Source of the DNA: Candidatus Latescibacterota bacterium
GTDB taxonomy: Bacteria > Latescibacterota > UBA2968 > GCA-2709665
DNA length: 64,000 nt
Reading direction: 5' to 3'
Assembly: GCA_965116875.1 (NCBI GenBank)
Contig: OZ220733.1
Span: 1,856,001 to 1,920,000 of the forward strand
Shown: positions 10,205 through 20,508 of the stretch, one piece after another
Layout of the letters: every line of letters starts with the position of its first letter
Position numbering within the stretch: position 1 is the stretch's first letter
Program-made: the position numbers and the translations under genes
Notes under the pieces: generated by a model
What the model saw: only the letters and a program-made list of their open reading frames with translations
What the model was told of the DNA's origin: nothing
Database searches by the model: none

Positions 10205-11599
10205 TTACAGTCCGAGAATCCGGTCGGCGGTTTCCATCGCCTGTCTGACGCAGTCGGGTACGGAGGAACCCCGATAGGCGCTGCCCGTCAGGTAAAGGCC
10301 CGGATGTTCGCCGGCGAGCGATTCCAATTCCGCAACCCGGTCCAGGTGTCCCACGTCGAACTGGGGCCTACCCTTCCGCCAGCGGTGAACCCGGGCGAAC
10401 AACGGCTCGGCGGTCAGCCCCATCACGTGTTCGAGATCTTCACGCACGGCGCGTACGAGCATCTCGTCGGGCATCTCGACCGCGTCTTCCTGTTCGTCTC
10501 TACCCACGAATCCCCGGATCAGCACCCCGTCATCCGGCGCCCGGTGGTCAAGCTTTGACGACACCCAGGTACATCCCGTGATCCGGCGCCCCTCCGATCC
10601 GGGGACCAGGAAACCGAACCCGTCAAGATCATGCTGGGCCAGGACCTCCGCTTTCCGATAGGCGAGAGACACCGTCCCCGAGGACACGTACCTGATCTGC
10701 CGGAGCCCGGCCGACAGTAGCGGCGCCATACCTTCCAGCAGATCGGCCACCGCAAACGCGGGCGCGGCCAGGACGACGGCGTCGGTTTTCAGCGCGTCCC
10801 CACCCAGGGTAACCTCGAATCCGCGTTCGAGCCTCGCCAGGCCCGTCACGGGACAGTTCGTCCGCAGGTCTCCTCTCAAGCGGTCCACGATCGCCTCAAC
10901 GAGTTCGCCGAGGCCCCCGATCAGGGTCTGGAACATCGGCGGCGCCTGCCCTGCGTCGCCTGCCGACCTGCGCAGGTTCCGGCCGGCCCGCACCGCCTTG
11001 ATCAGGCTGCCGTACTTGCGCTCCATTTCCGCAAACTGCGGAAACGTGGCCAGCAGACTCAACCGCTCCGGATTCGCCCCGTGAATGCCCGCCAGCATCG
11101 GTCCTCCGATCTTGTCCAGGGCTTCCTGTCCCAGGCGTCGGCGGACGAATGACGCGAGGCTCTCGTCGTCCGTGGCGTTGCGGGGCTTGACGAACCGGTC
11201 CATTCCCATCCGCAGCTTGCCGCGAACCGAGAAGAGCGGGGAGCGCGCGATCGGCATGAAGCTTGTGGGCACCAGGGTGAAGTCCTCCGGAAACGGGACC
11301 AGGTTTCGTCCCTGCGCCAGGAAGGTCTTCCGCCGGTCCTCGTTCGGCGCAATCAGGCGATCCTCGAGGCCCAGGTCCGCGCAGAGCCCGATTCCCCAGG
11401 GTTTTCGCGTCAAAAGCAAATCGGGTCCACCCTCGATGGTGAACCCGTCGATCCGCTCGGTCAGAATCTCCCCGCCCCATCGCCCAGAGGCCTCGGCCAG
11501 CGTGTACTCCACGTGGATGCCGTGCGACTCAGCCTTCTCCTGCAGATAAAAGGCGGTTGCCAACCCGGCAATCCCCCCGCCAGCGATGGTCACGTGCAT
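10205..11599 (-). CDS. hemY: Protoporphyrinogen/coproporphyrinogen oxidase (HemY/HemG family)
   Basis: FAD-binding GGGIAGL, EGGPD, PQFDVGH, C-terminal [10 protein letters not shown]; in operon with hemE and hemH. Confidence 0.92.
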   Translation of the reverse strand: MHVTIAGGGIAGLATAFYLQEKAESHGIHVEYTLAEASGRWGGEILTERIDGFTIEGGPDLLLTRKPWGIGLCADLGLEDRLIAPNEDRRKTFLAQGRNLVPFPEDFTLVPTSFMPIARSPLFSVRGKLRMGMDRFVKPRNATDDESLASFVRRRLGQEALDKIGGPMLAGIHGANPERLSLLATFPQFAEMERKYGSLIKAVRAGRNLRRSAGDAGQAPPMFQTLIGGLGELVEAIVDRLRGDLRTNCPVTGLARLERGFEVTLGGDALKTDAVVLAAPAFAVADLLEGMAPLLSAGLRQIRYVSSGTVSLAYRKAEVLAQHDLDGFGFLVPGSEGRRITGCTWVSSKLDHRAPDDGVLIRGFVGRDEQEDAVEMPDEMLVRAVREDLEHVMGLTAEPLFARVHRWRKGRPQFDVGHLDRVAELESLAGEHPGLYLTGSAYRGSSVPDCVRQAMETADRILGL

Positions 11600-11612
11600 A
11601 ATGGCACCTTAA

Positions 11613-11667
11613 CAGTCCGTTGAGAAAGTCGCTCTGCGGGCCTGCCATTAAAGTCCTGGCAGGCTGG
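11613..11667. repeat. Partial MITE-like element, near-identical to 47269-47352 in reverse orientation
   Basis: cagtccgttgagaaagtcgctctgcgggcctgccattaaagtcctggcagg matches the reverse complement of 47298-47352. Confidence 0.7.
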
Positions 11668-11710
11668 CGTTGCAGGCAGGCCTCCTGTGGCAACTGTCTT
11701 CAGCCACGGA

Positions 11711-11813
11711 TTTCTCGCGTCTTTCGTATACTCGTAGTCTCGTTTTCTCGCAGTTTCGCATTCTCGTAGTTTCGTATACTTATAGTCTCGTATTCTCGTA
11801 GTCTCGCAGTTTC
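11711..11813. repeat. Degenerate 8-nt tandem repeat (consensus about CTCGTAGT), roughly 12 units
   Basis: ctcgtagt ctcgtttt ctcgcagt ttcgcatt ctcgtagt ttcgtata cttatagt ctcgtatt ctcgtagt ctcgcagt, between hemH and hemY. Confidence 0.85.
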
Positions 11814-12736
11814 TAATTCAGCTTGTCTTCCACAGCGTCCACCACGGCTTCGATGAACGTGGGATCGCTGTTCATGGACGCGATGCGCTTTACGTTCACC
11901 CCACGCGACGCCGCGATTTCCTGAACGCCGATATCGATATCGTACAGGATCTCCACGTGGTCGCATACGAACCCGATGGGCGCCACAAGCACGTGGCGAT
12001 ATCCCCTATCGGCCAGATCCGGAATCACGTCTTCGATCTGGGGACCCAGCCATGGCTCCCCGGTGTGAGCGGCGCTCTGATAGGAGAACATCCAGTCCAC
12101 GTTTCCCAGGCGTTCCGCTATCGCGCTCGCGTTGCCCTTGAGTTCGTCGTCGTAGGGATCGCCCATTTTCAGAAGGCGTTCCGGCAGGCTGTGCGCCGTA
12201 AAGACGATCTTCACCGCATTCCGATCATCCATGGCGAATGACGCCAGCACCGCGCGAACGTGCGCTTCCTGTGCACGCAGCAACGCCGGCTGCCGCCACC
12301 AGGAATCCACGAACGAGAACTGAATCCGGCTTCCCGCGCTTCTCAAGGATTCATCGACCGCCTCGCGGTACCTTCCGATGCTCAAACGGGAGTAGTGCGG
12401 GGCCATGACGATGGCAACCGCTTCGTCCACGCCATCCCGGGACATTTGACCTACCGTGTCCCCGATCCAGGGAGACCAGTGCCGCATGCCCACGTACACG
12501 GGAACGTCATGCCCGCGGGCCCTCAGGGCGCCCTCCGCACGTGCGGCCTGTTCAAACGTATTCTCGTTGAGCGGAGACCTGCCGCCGATCCGGGCATAGC
12601 GTCGCCTGAACTCGGACACGAATTCCGGGGACATGGGACGCCCTCCCCGGATATCGTTGAGGTACGCTTCCATGTCGTCCAGGGAGTCAGGACTGCCGTA
12701 GGCGAGCATCAACACGGCCTTCTTCACCACGGCCAC
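11813..12736 (-). CDS. hemH: Ferrochelatase
   Basis: AYGSP, GGRSPL, GMRHWSP, TAHSLP, EPWLGP, GFVCDHVEILYDID. Confidence 0.95.
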   Translation of the reverse strand: MAVVKKAVLMLAYGSPDSLDDMEAYLNDIRGGRPMSPEFVSEFRRRYARIGGRSPLNENTFEQAARAEGALRARGHDVPVYVGMRHWSPWIGDTVGQMSRDGVDEAVAIVMAPHYSRLSIGRYREAVDESLRSAGSRIQFSFVDSWWRQPALLRAQEAHVRAVLASFAMDDRNAVKIVFTAHSLPERLLKMGDPYDDELKGNASAIAERLGNVDWMFSYQSAAHTGEPWLGPQIEDVIPDLADRGYRHVLVAPIGFVCDHVEILYDIDIGVQEIAASRGVNVKRIASMNSDPTFIEAVVDAVEDKLN

Positions 12737-13768
12737 CTATCCGTATGCGTGTACGAAATCGACCAGCGCGGACACGTGCTCGACCGGCGTGTGCTGCAGG
12801 ATGCCGTGGCCGAGGTTGAAGATGTGTCCCGGCCGCCCGCGGACGCTGTCGAGGATCCGGGCGGCCTGCCTTTCGATCACCGGTACGGGTGCGAACAGCG
12901 CCGTTGGGTCCAGGTTCCCCTGCACAGCCACGTCCGTCCCCAGCCGGTTCCAGGCTTCGTCGAGGTCGATCCGCCAGTCCACGCCGATCACGTCGCCGCC
13001 CGCCCGCTTCATCAGCGGCAGGATACCGGAGGTACCTGTTCCAAAATGGATCACCGGAACGTCGTACGTGTCCGCGACCATCTCAATTGCACGTCGCGTA
13101 TGCGGCAGAACGTACTCTTCGTAGTCACCGGGGCTCAGCGCGCCTGCCCAGCTGTCGAACAGTTGCAGCGCCTGGGCCCCGGCCGCCGCCTGAGACTGCA
13201 GATAGTCCCCCACCGCCGCCGACATCTTTTCCATCAGGCGCCGCCAGGTCTCCGGCTGTTCATACATCAACCCCTTGGCATGCCGGTAGTCACGGGAAGC
13301 GCCGCCTTCCACCGCATAGCAGACCAGCGTAAACGGTGCCCCGGAGAATCCGATCAGTGGAACGCTGCCGTCCAGCGCGCGCCGGAGCTGACGGATGGCA
13401 GCCATGGCGAAATCCATGGCCTCGGCCGCGGGACGAACGGCGAGGGATTCCACGTCCGCCGGCGTCCGGATGGGGTTGTGAATCACGGGCCCCTCACCGC
13501 CAACGTACTCGAGTTTCAGGCCCATCGGCTCCAGGATCGGCAGAATATCCTGAAAGACAATGGCCGCGTCCACGTCGAACGCCTCAACGGGCTGCAACGT
13601 GATTTCGGTGGCGAGTTCCGGCGTCTTCACCATTTCAAGAAAGGCGTATTTTTCCTTCAATCTCCGGTATTCGGGCATGTAACGGCCCGCCTGGCGCATC
13701 AGCCACACCGGCGTGACGTCGACCGCTTCGCGGCGGCATGCGTTGAGAAAACGGCTGGCTCGGGACAT
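12737..13768 (-). CDS. hemE: Uroporphyrinogen decarboxylase
   Basis: PVWLMRQAGRYMPEY, GFSGAPFTL, QLFDSWAG, QGNLDP, FNLGHG. Confidence 0.97.
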   Translation of the reverse strand: MSRASRFLNACRREAVDVTPVWLMRQAGRYMPEYRRLKEKYAFLEMVKTPELATEITLQPVEAFDVDAAIVFQDILPILEPMGLKLEYVGGEGPVIHNPIRTPADVESLAVRPAAEAMDFAMAAIRQLRRALDGSVPLIGFSGAPFTLVCYAVEGGASRDYRHAKGLMYEQPETWRRLMEKMSAAVGDYLQSQAAAGAQALQLFDSWAGALSPGDYEEYVLPHTRRAIEMVADTYDVPVIHFGTGTSGILPLMKRAGGDVIGVDWRIDLDEAWNRLGTDVAVQGNLDPTALFAPVPVIERQAARILDSVRGRPGHIFNLGHGILQHTPVEHVSALVDFVHAYG

Positions 13769-13884
13769 CAGGCGCTCTCAGATCAATGAGGGAAGGGTTG
13801 CGCGGCGCTTTAACTTTGCCCCAATGAAAGACGGCAGGGGCACGACGGTACGTGCCCCTGCCGAATTGCGAAACGATCGCGTCA

Positions 13885-14505
13885 CTACGCGTCAAGCTCG
13901 TTGAAATGCGTGACCACCTTGCTGATCAGGCCGTATTCCACCGCTTCCGGCGCGGACATCCAGTAGTCCCGGTCCGTATCTTCAACCACTTTGTCCAGCG
14001 GCTGTCCGGTCTCCCGGGCATACAGTTCGTTGATGCGCTCCCGAAGCTTGAGTATCTGTTCCGCCGTGCGCTTTACGTCTTCCGCAACCCCCATGTACCG
14101 CATTGAGGGTTGATGGATCATGATTCTTGCGTTCGGAAGCGCGAACCGGCTGCCTTTTTCCGCGGCCAGCATGATCACCGTGGCCGCGCTGGCGGACAAC
14201 CCGACGCTGACGATTCTCACCGGCGGCCGGATGAAACGAATCATATCGTAGATGGCGAAGCCGTCGTCGGCGCTGCCCCCCGGCGAGTTGATCAGGATGG
14301 TGATCGGTTTTTCCGGATCGTCGCTGTCCATCAGCAGCAACTGGGCGATCACCCGCGTTGTGAGCTTGTGGTCGATCGGATCCGAGATCAGGATGGTGCG
14401 CGCCCTGATCAGGCTTCTGACGATGAATTCGCCGCCCTGACCGCCACGCTGCTCTTCCTCCTCTTCTTCTTCGTCAGGATCTTCGCTCAACAGAAACTCG
14501 TACAT
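13885..14505 (-). CDS. clpP: ATP-dependent Clp protease proteolytic subunit
   Basis: INSPGG, GLSASAA (catalytic Ser), IMIHQP (His), DRDYWM (Asp), EAVEYGLI. Confidence 0.93.
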   Translation of the reverse strand: MYEFLLSEDPDEEEEEEEQRGGQGGEFIVRSLIRARTILISDPIDHKLTTRVIAQLLLMDSDDPEKPITILINSPGGSADDGFAIYDMIRFIRPPVRIVSVGLSASAATVIMLAAEKGSRFALPNARIMIHQPSMRYMGVAEDVKRTAEQILKLRERINELYARETGQPLDKVVEDTDRDYWMSAPEAVEYGLISKVVTHFNELDA

Positions 14506-14658
14506 CGCATCCCCTTCTTCCCGCGAATAAACGACTGAAAATACGACCGGTTTGCCAGCATGCTAAGGCCGCGTCAATTTATCCTATACGCCCCCTGTTG
14601 TCAAGGGCATTCCCCAAAATCCGGCGCCGGTATGAACGATGCGGGAGGTCGCGGGGCT

Positions 14659-15918
14659 TCACGTTCCCGCCATCGCCTCGCTCAGAATCCGGGAGGTGCC
14701 GGGCCGCATGATGCGCGGGTCCACCGTCTCCCCGTTCAGCAGCATCTCACGCACCTGTTTTCCGGAAATGAACACGGGCTGCTCGTCGGGATGGTTCTCC
14801 ATCAGATCCACCCGCCCGAGGGACTCGTAGAACGCCGCGAAACCCACGTTGAGCGGTCGGATCTCCAGGTTTCCATTGAGCTGGTTGAACACGTCCTGTG
14901 CGTCGAAATCGCCCCAGATCGGGCTGCCGTCGTGATAGGGAGCATCCGCGTGTTTGCGTCCGATGATAATGTCCGTAAAGCCGAAGTTCTGGCGGTATAT
15001 CGCGTGCATGACCGCCTCTTTGGGGCCGGCGTAGAACATCTTGATGTCCAGTCCGATGAGCATCACCCGGTCCGGCACGGCCTCGCCTCTGGGTTGCCAC
15101 AATTCCGCGTCGCTGTCCCCCTCGCCCAACCCCCTGGACTCGATCAGCGCCTCGTAGGTCCGCATCCGGATTTCCGCGTTGACGTCGTCCGATTTGGTCT
15201 CTCCCACCAGCGGGTTCAGACAGGCGCCGGCGTCAATCCCCTGCCGGATCAGCGCTTCCAGGCCGTAGACCAGGGCGTATTCGTGCGCCCGGTGCAGCGG
15301 GTTCCGGGTCTGAAACGCGACCACGCGCTTCCAGCCCGTTTCCGACAGGAGACGGCGGACTTCCGCGGGGGTGTGCATGTACCGGCCAAACGCGGAATGC
15401 TTCGGCTGCGGCAATACCGTGATTTCCCCTCCCAGAAGGTGGGTCTTGCCGGCATCTCCCTCCAGCACCATATCCGCACCCGGATGGTCGGTCCGCTCCG
15501 TCAGGTATACGCTCTTGAGATAGGCTGGTTTGTCCCAGGGGTAGACGTCGCTGATGTCCACGGCGCCCACGATCTGCCCGGCCTCATCCACCAGCGCAAC
15601 GGTCTGACCGACCTCGAGTTGGCCGGCCAGGTCGCTCGATACGGGAAGCGCCAGCGGAATGGTCCAGGCATACGGCTTCCCGTTGAACTCGATGACGCTC
15701 TTGTCGAGTACCCGGTGCCAGGTCTCCGAGTCCATCGGACCGGTGAGCGGACTCAGCCCGCCGTCTCCGAAACGGTAGACCGTGGACAGATCGGCGTCGC
15801 TGACCGGAACGCGGGTCAGCTTCGATGCACTCTCGCGAAAAGCGTCCTGCGCGTTGTCCGGAACCATCCGGCACACCGGTGAGGACAATCCGCCATGTAG
15901 CGGTATCGAATCGGACAT
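14659..15918 (-). CDS. sat: Sulfate adenylyltransferase (ATP sulfurylase, Sat type)
   Basis: [57 protein letters not shown]. Confidence 0.93.
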   Translation of the reverse strand: MSDSIPLHGGLSSPVCRMVPDNAQDAFRESASKLTRVPVSDADLSTVYRFGDGGLSPLTGPMDSETWHRVLDKSVIEFNGKPYAWTIPLALPVSSDLAGQLEVGQTVALVDEAGQIVGAVDISDVYPWDKPAYLKSVYLTERTDHPGADMVLEGDAGKTHLLGGEITVLPQPKHSAFGRYMHTPAEVRRLLSETGWKRVVAFQTRNPLHRAHEYALVYGLEALIRQGIDAGACLNPLVGETKSDDVNAEIRMRTYEALIESRGLGEGDSDAELWQPRGEAVPDRVMLIGLDIKMFYAGPKEAVMHAIYRQNFGFTDIIIGRKHADAPYHDGSPIWGDFDAQDVFNQLNGNLEIRPLNVGFAAFYESLGRVDLMENHPDEQPVFISGKQVREMLLNGETVDPRIMRPGTSRILSEAMAGT

Positions 15919-16755
15919 TTTCGAAACAACCCTCCAATAATGTCAAAGTTCCAGGGTCACCAGCCCCCGGCAAGGGATGATGGCATCGTATCTGTCACTC
16001 GCCCAAACTGACGAGCAGACGCTGCTGTGAAGGTGGGGCGGACATTCCTGTCTGCCCACATTGCCGACTCTGCGCGCCTGAACTGTCATCCAGAGACCCG
16101 CCATACCGACGAAGCGTCTCCATCGATTGGCGCCGGAACCCTGCACCGCTCCCTGAGCTTGTCGAAGGGTCGGGGCAGGGGTGCAGATCAGGAAGCGATA
16201 AATATACCGTAAACTTCCACCCGGAACAAAAAAGTTTCCCGCAACGTGCTGGCGACTTCTCCCTGGCGCGGAGACCGGCTGTGTTGGATGTCAGGTCCGG
16301 ACCAATGGTGTAAACTTAGGAATCATCCAACGCCTTAGCCGAACAAGCCGCGGCACTCGATTTAAGGAGTCCCAGATACAATCTGCCCTCGATCACGACC
16401 TGATCCACCAACATCCGGAGCGAGGGCATCCTGCCCTCGAACTTCGCGTCACCCACCCGTATTCCCGTCGAGACATTGTTGCTACCATCGCATCTGTTCG
16501 GCCCGACGTATGGGACCTCTTGGCAATTGTTGGCGCGATGCAGGTTGCGTTGCATCACCTGGAACATTACATTCATTTGTAGAAGTCGCATTAAAGAAAA
16601 AGGTTCCCCCCGATGACAAGCGCCCATGGGGCTCTCTCCAACGGTGGAGTGGTCGGGGGGGTCGTTTTCTGGTAGCATGCGGTGAAAACCAGCGCTATGA
16701 AGAGCCCGTCCGGTCGGTATGCCATTCTTGCGCCTCGCTGCGAATTTTCCGGAAT

Positions 16756-17706
16756 ATGACCACCATGAATCTGGTTCAGAGTACAGTCAGAATGCTATTG
16801 GTATTCATACTTGTATTCTCTGCAGGATTAGAGACGAGAGCGGAGGATTCAGACGCCGACTCGTCGCTTACGAAGTTTGAGATAAACCAGCGCGGATTGC
16901 TTCACATAAAGTATCTGAAAAACGCGTATATCGAAGGGTCCAGGGAGAAACTCTCAAGCTATCTGAACGCGTGGGTTCATTGGACGCAACCGGTCACCCG
17001 GGAAGAGTTGGATCGCAAATTACCGTTCGACCGACACGCAAATGACATCCACCAGTTACTTTATAGGCCAACGAACCTGAGATGGTTCACAAAGTGGTTC
17101 CAGGGAAAACGCCCCGAACCGCCGTTTTACAAGAAGATCCTGACATATATCGGCGTTCCGGACGACGAGAATTGGGCTGAGAAAATATACGGCGAGGCGC
17201 GATACTCACTCATACAAAATGAGATCAAGATTTACATCGTTGAAACGCTTCCGGAACCCGACGATAGATCCTTTGATACGGAGCGCGGATTAGAAAAGCA
17301 GATGAAACATGCCATTGCTCACCTGCGTATTCTGGATTTCAGACCTCAAGTCAAACCGCATGGGCGCACGCCGGTTTATCTCGTCCCAACTTTGAAAGGC
17401 ATACTCGAAAAGTTCCTGAGATCGAAGAAGATCCTGTCCAACGAAACCGGCCTGCAGTCTACAGACCAGGATTCGCTCACGAACAGACGGCTCGAATTCC
17501 TGAACCAGGAACTGAAGATCTTGCGGAGCCACTGGGAGGGGTGGCACTTCGAAACCCATCCCCGTATCGAAAGAATTGTCTTCAATCACGATCTCTCAAA
17601 GGCCATCGCCGAATACCGGATCAAATACACCGGTGGAAGGGCGTACCTGAACCGGACCGCTGACGGATGGGAACTGGTGAGTGCGGGATTGAGGTGGATA
17701 GAATAG
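16756..17706 (+). CDS. Hypothetical exported protein
   Basis: Long ORF with signal-peptide-like N-terminus (RMLLVFILVFSAGLETRA); no recognised family. Confidence 0.65.
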   Translation: MTTMNLVQSTVRMLLVFILVFSAGLETRAEDSDADSSLTKFEINQRGLLHIKYLKNAYIEGSREKLSSYLNAWVHWTQPVTREELDRKLPFDRHANDIHQLLYRPTNLRWFTKWFQGKRPEPPFYKKILTYIGVPDDENWAEKIYGEARYSLIQNEIKIYIVETLPEPDDRSFDTERGLEKQMKHAIAHLRILDFRPQVKPHGRTPVYLVPTLKGILEKFLRSKKILSNETGLQSTDQDSLTNRRLEFLNQELKILRSHWEGWHFETHPRIERIVFNHDLSKAIAEYRIKYTGGRAYLNRTADGWELVSAGLRWIE

Positions 17707-17782
17707 GTTCAGTGGATTGCGGACGAGAGCGATTGCATTTGTATCCCATTCGTGATACATTTGGATAAGGAAGGAGGTGTCC

Positions 17783-18037
17783 ATGGCAAAGACGGAATTT
17801 ATCCGAGCCCGCGTTGAACCTGAGTTTAAAACCCAGGCCGAAGAGATATTCTCGAAGCTCGGGTTATCCCCTACCGATGCGATCACGCTGTTCTATGTCC
17901 AGGTCATCCTACACGACGGCTTGCCCTTCGCGGTGAGGATTCCCAACAAAGAGACCATTGAGGCAATGCGGCAGGCAGAGAAAGGAGAGGGCCTAAACGA
18001 ATATGACGATCTGCAGGCACTAAAGGCCACTAAATGA
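17783..18037 (+). CDS. RelB/DinJ family antitoxin (orphan)
   Basis: IRARVEPEFKTQAEEIFSKLGLSPTDAITLF...GLPFAVRIPNKETIEAM; strong GGAGG RBS; no YafQ/RelE toxin follows. Confidence 0.88.
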   Translation: MAKTEFIRARVEPEFKTQAEEIFSKLGLSPTDAITLFYVQVILHDGLPFAVRIPNKETIEAMRQAEKGEGLNEYDDLQALKATK

Positions 18038-18071
18038 GTGGTTTTTCTGTTACGGAGGAGCCAGATAAAGA

Positions 18072-18104
18072 ACCCCCGAGAGAAGAATCTCCGGGGGCTT
18101 TTTG
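18072..18104 (+). terminator. Rho-independent terminator after relB/dinJ
   Basis: cccccgagag...ctccggggg followed by cttttt. Confidence 0.6.
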
Positions 18105-18175
18105 TCGTGAGTCTTCTGACTGCAAGCCGTTTCAAGTTCTACGCATCGGTGTATAATAACGTGGGCAAGTACGAA

Positions 18176-19354
18176 TTATAATATAGTTGCTTCGAGGGAT
18201 ACGGTCGCTAGGGCCTCTTTTACCAGCCGAGCCGCGGTTTCGATTTCTTCGTGAGTCGTGAATCGTCCAAAACTGAAGCGGATGGAAGCCTCGCTCTGTG
18301 CGTCCGACAAGCCGAGTGCCCGGAGCACGTGGGACGGTTCCGGAATGCCAGTTGTACATGCCGCGCCGGTAGACGCCGCGAGTCGGGGCTGGAGGACGCC
18401 GAGGATATCTTGCGCATCGCAACCTTCAAAGCCAATATTGGCGTTGCCAGGGTGGCGGCTCCTGCCGGATGGTCCGTTGACGGTGATCGGGAAGTCCCCT
18501 TGTTCGAGCAAGCGAATGAACGAATCCCGCAAGCCAGCTACCCGCGTGCGCTCCTCCTTCGCTTCGTCGCTGACTATAATCTCCGCAGCGGCACCCATAC
18601 CAACGCAAAGCGGCAACGGGACCGTGCCGGAACGAAGCCCCTCCTGCTGTCCGCCGCCATAAATTATCGGCTCGATAGAGTCCTTGAAATCGCGCCGGAT
18701 ATACAATACGCCGATACCCTGTGGGCCGTAAAACTTATGCGCCGAAAGGCTGATCAGATCGGCGTGCCCCGCAAGCCCGCTCACGTCCATCGCACAGGGC
18801 GCTTGTGCCGCGTCACAATGAAACAGGATGCCGTGTAACGTGAGCAGTTCGGCAATCCGAGGAATGTCCTGAATGGTCCCCACCTCATTGTTGACGGCCA
18901 TAACTGAGGCCAACAGGACGCGTTCGTCCACGAGCTTCTGTAATGCATTGAGTTCCACAAACCCTTCGTGGTCCACAGGAATGGTCTCAACGGTGATACC
19001 CTGATTCTCAGATATAGCCCTGGCCGCGGCCAAAACACACTTGTGTTCGATAGCACTGACCAGAATGCGGTCACGACCGCTTGGCGCGCGACGGACAAGA
19101 CCCTGAAGTGCGAGGTTGTTCGCCTCGGTAGCACCGGACGTGAAGACCACCTCATCGGCGTCTGCGCCAATCAGACCCGCAACCGATTCCGCCGCCTCGC
19201 GAACGGCCTCGCCGGCTCTCCAGCCCACAATATGGTCGCTAGAGTGGGGATTGCCGAACGATTCGCCCCAAAACCGGGGCATCTTTTCCTGTATCTGCGG
19301 ATCTACAGGCGTTGTCGCCTGATAGTCGGCATAGATCGTTTTCTGTCTGTTCAT
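18176..19354 (-). CDS. Cysteine desulfurase (IscS/DndA/SspA-like), divergent from the Ssp-like operon
   Basis: YADYQATTP, FTSGATEANN, DAAQA, SAHKFYGP (PLP Lys), RSGT, STGAAC (catalytic Cys). Confidence 0.92.
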   Translation of the reverse strand: MNRQKTIYADYQATTPVDPQIQEKMPRFWGESFGNPHSSDHIVGWRAGEAVREAAESVAGLIGADADEVVFTSGATEANNLALQGLVRRAPSGRDRILVSAIEHKCVLAAARAISENQGITVETIPVDHEGFVELNALQKLVDERVLLASVMAVNNEVGTIQDIPRIAELLTLHGILFHCDAAQAPCAMDVSGLAGHADLISLSAHKFYGPQGIGVLYIRRDFKDSIEPIIYGGGQQEGLRSGTVPLPLCVGMGAAAEIIVSDEAKEERTRVAGLRDSFIRLLEQGDFPITVNGPSGRSRHPGNANIGFEGCDAQDILGVLQPRLAASTGAACTTGIPEPSHVLRALGLSDAQSEASIRFSFGRFTTHEEIETAARLVKEALATVSLEATIL

Positions 19355-19542
19355 GTTGAGTTCGGCGAATAGGATTTTCCGATCAAGATGTCTTCCCCAA
19401 TAAAATCAAATGCTTACTTCGATTTCGGCTGAATTTGGCTTCTGTTTCGTGTAGCTCCTGGAGCCTGCCGCCAGTTCATTCTTGACAATACTCAGTTTTG
19501 TGACTATTGTCAAGCTGGACGTTTCATCCAGTAGGAGAGACG

Positions 19543-20508
19543 ATGGGTCGAGGTCCCCTATACAAAGAAGGCTACCAACCGCAACTGTCTGGGCACGAGA
19601 CGTTTCCCCTTCGTTATGGTTGGCTCAAGAAGGCATATGATGCCGTTCGGGAAACCGAAGGAGACGAGAACAATCTGTCGGTATTTACGGCAGACTATGC
19701 AATCGCACGATTCGGGGTCGGCAAGAACATGGTTGCTTCAATGCGCCATTGGGCCATTGCGTCCGGAGTCATAGAAGAGGTTACTGGCGAACGACGTATC
19801 CGATGTACAGAAATCGGCGATTTGATATTCAGTGAGGGAGGTCTCGACAGATATATGGAAAACCCAGCGACATCGTGGTTCATCCATTGGCGCCTCTGCG
19901 GTCGGAAAGATAAAACGACGTGGTTCTGGGCATTTAATCACTTCCCGGCGCTCTTGTTCGAACGCGATGAGCTAGCCCGAGGCGTAGCCAATCTGACCGA
20001 AGAAATAGGGTGGGCACGGTCGTCCCTGGCTACAATCAGACGCGACGTGTCTTGCTTTGTACGCACATACGTCGCGCAACCGATGTCGCGCCAGGCGAGC
20101 TTTGAAGACGCTCTCGAATCGCCCCTTACGGAACTTGGTCTTATCAGGCCGGTTGGCCGACGTGACGGTTTCAGATTCGTGCGTGGTCCAAAGCCGTCGC
20201 TTGGCGCCGGCGTATTCGCCTATGCTGTGACCGATTTTTGGTCTCGTTATTCTAAGAACGCTAACACCCTGTCCTTTGAAGCACTGTCGCACGAACCTGG
20301 GTCACCGGGCAGGGTATTTCTTCTGGCCGAGAATGATCTTGTCGACCTCTTGGGACTGCTGGATACCACTACGGAGGGTATCTACCGGTGGTCAGAGACT
20401 GCCGGGCTGAAGCAGCTCATCCGGGAACGCGAGCTTACGACCGTGGAAAAATTGAATCTCTTGAAGGTGAATTACAATGGTTCAGTTCGCGAGGAGGGCG
20501 CTGCGTGA
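19543..20508 (+). CDS. sspB: DUF4007 family protein (SspB-like)
   Basis: SGHETFPLRYGWLKK, FGVGKNMVASMRHW, DRYMENPATSWFIHW, ESPLTELGLI, SPGRVF; AGGAG RBS. Confidence 0.85.
   Translation: MGRGPLYKEGYQPQLSGHETFPLRYGWLKKAYDAVRETEGDENNLSVFTADYAIARFGVGKNMVASMRHWAIASGVIEEVTGERRIRCTEIGDLIFSEGGLDRYMENPATSWFIHWRLCGRKDKTTWFWAFNHFPALLFERDELARGVANLTEEIGWARSSLATIRRDVSCFVRTYVAQPMSRQASFEDALESPLTELGLIRPVGRRDGFRFVRGPKPSLGAGVFAYAVTDFWSRYSKNANTLSFEALSHEPGSPGRVFLLAENDLVDLLGLLDTTTEGIYRWSETAGLKQLIRERELTTVEKLNLLKVNYNGSVREEGAA

Noticed and set aside
11711-11813. Possible CRISPR array
   Set aside because: 8-nt tandem units with no unique spacers; no cas genes in the window.
14455-14485. Acidic poly-Glu N-terminus of ClpP as a special feature
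   Set aside because: ClpP N-terminal propeptides are highly variable and the catalytic triad is normal.
18050-18065. ggaggagcca as a tRNA 3'-end att remnant
   Set aside because: Too short, no T-arm, and it does not match the tRNA-Lys end.
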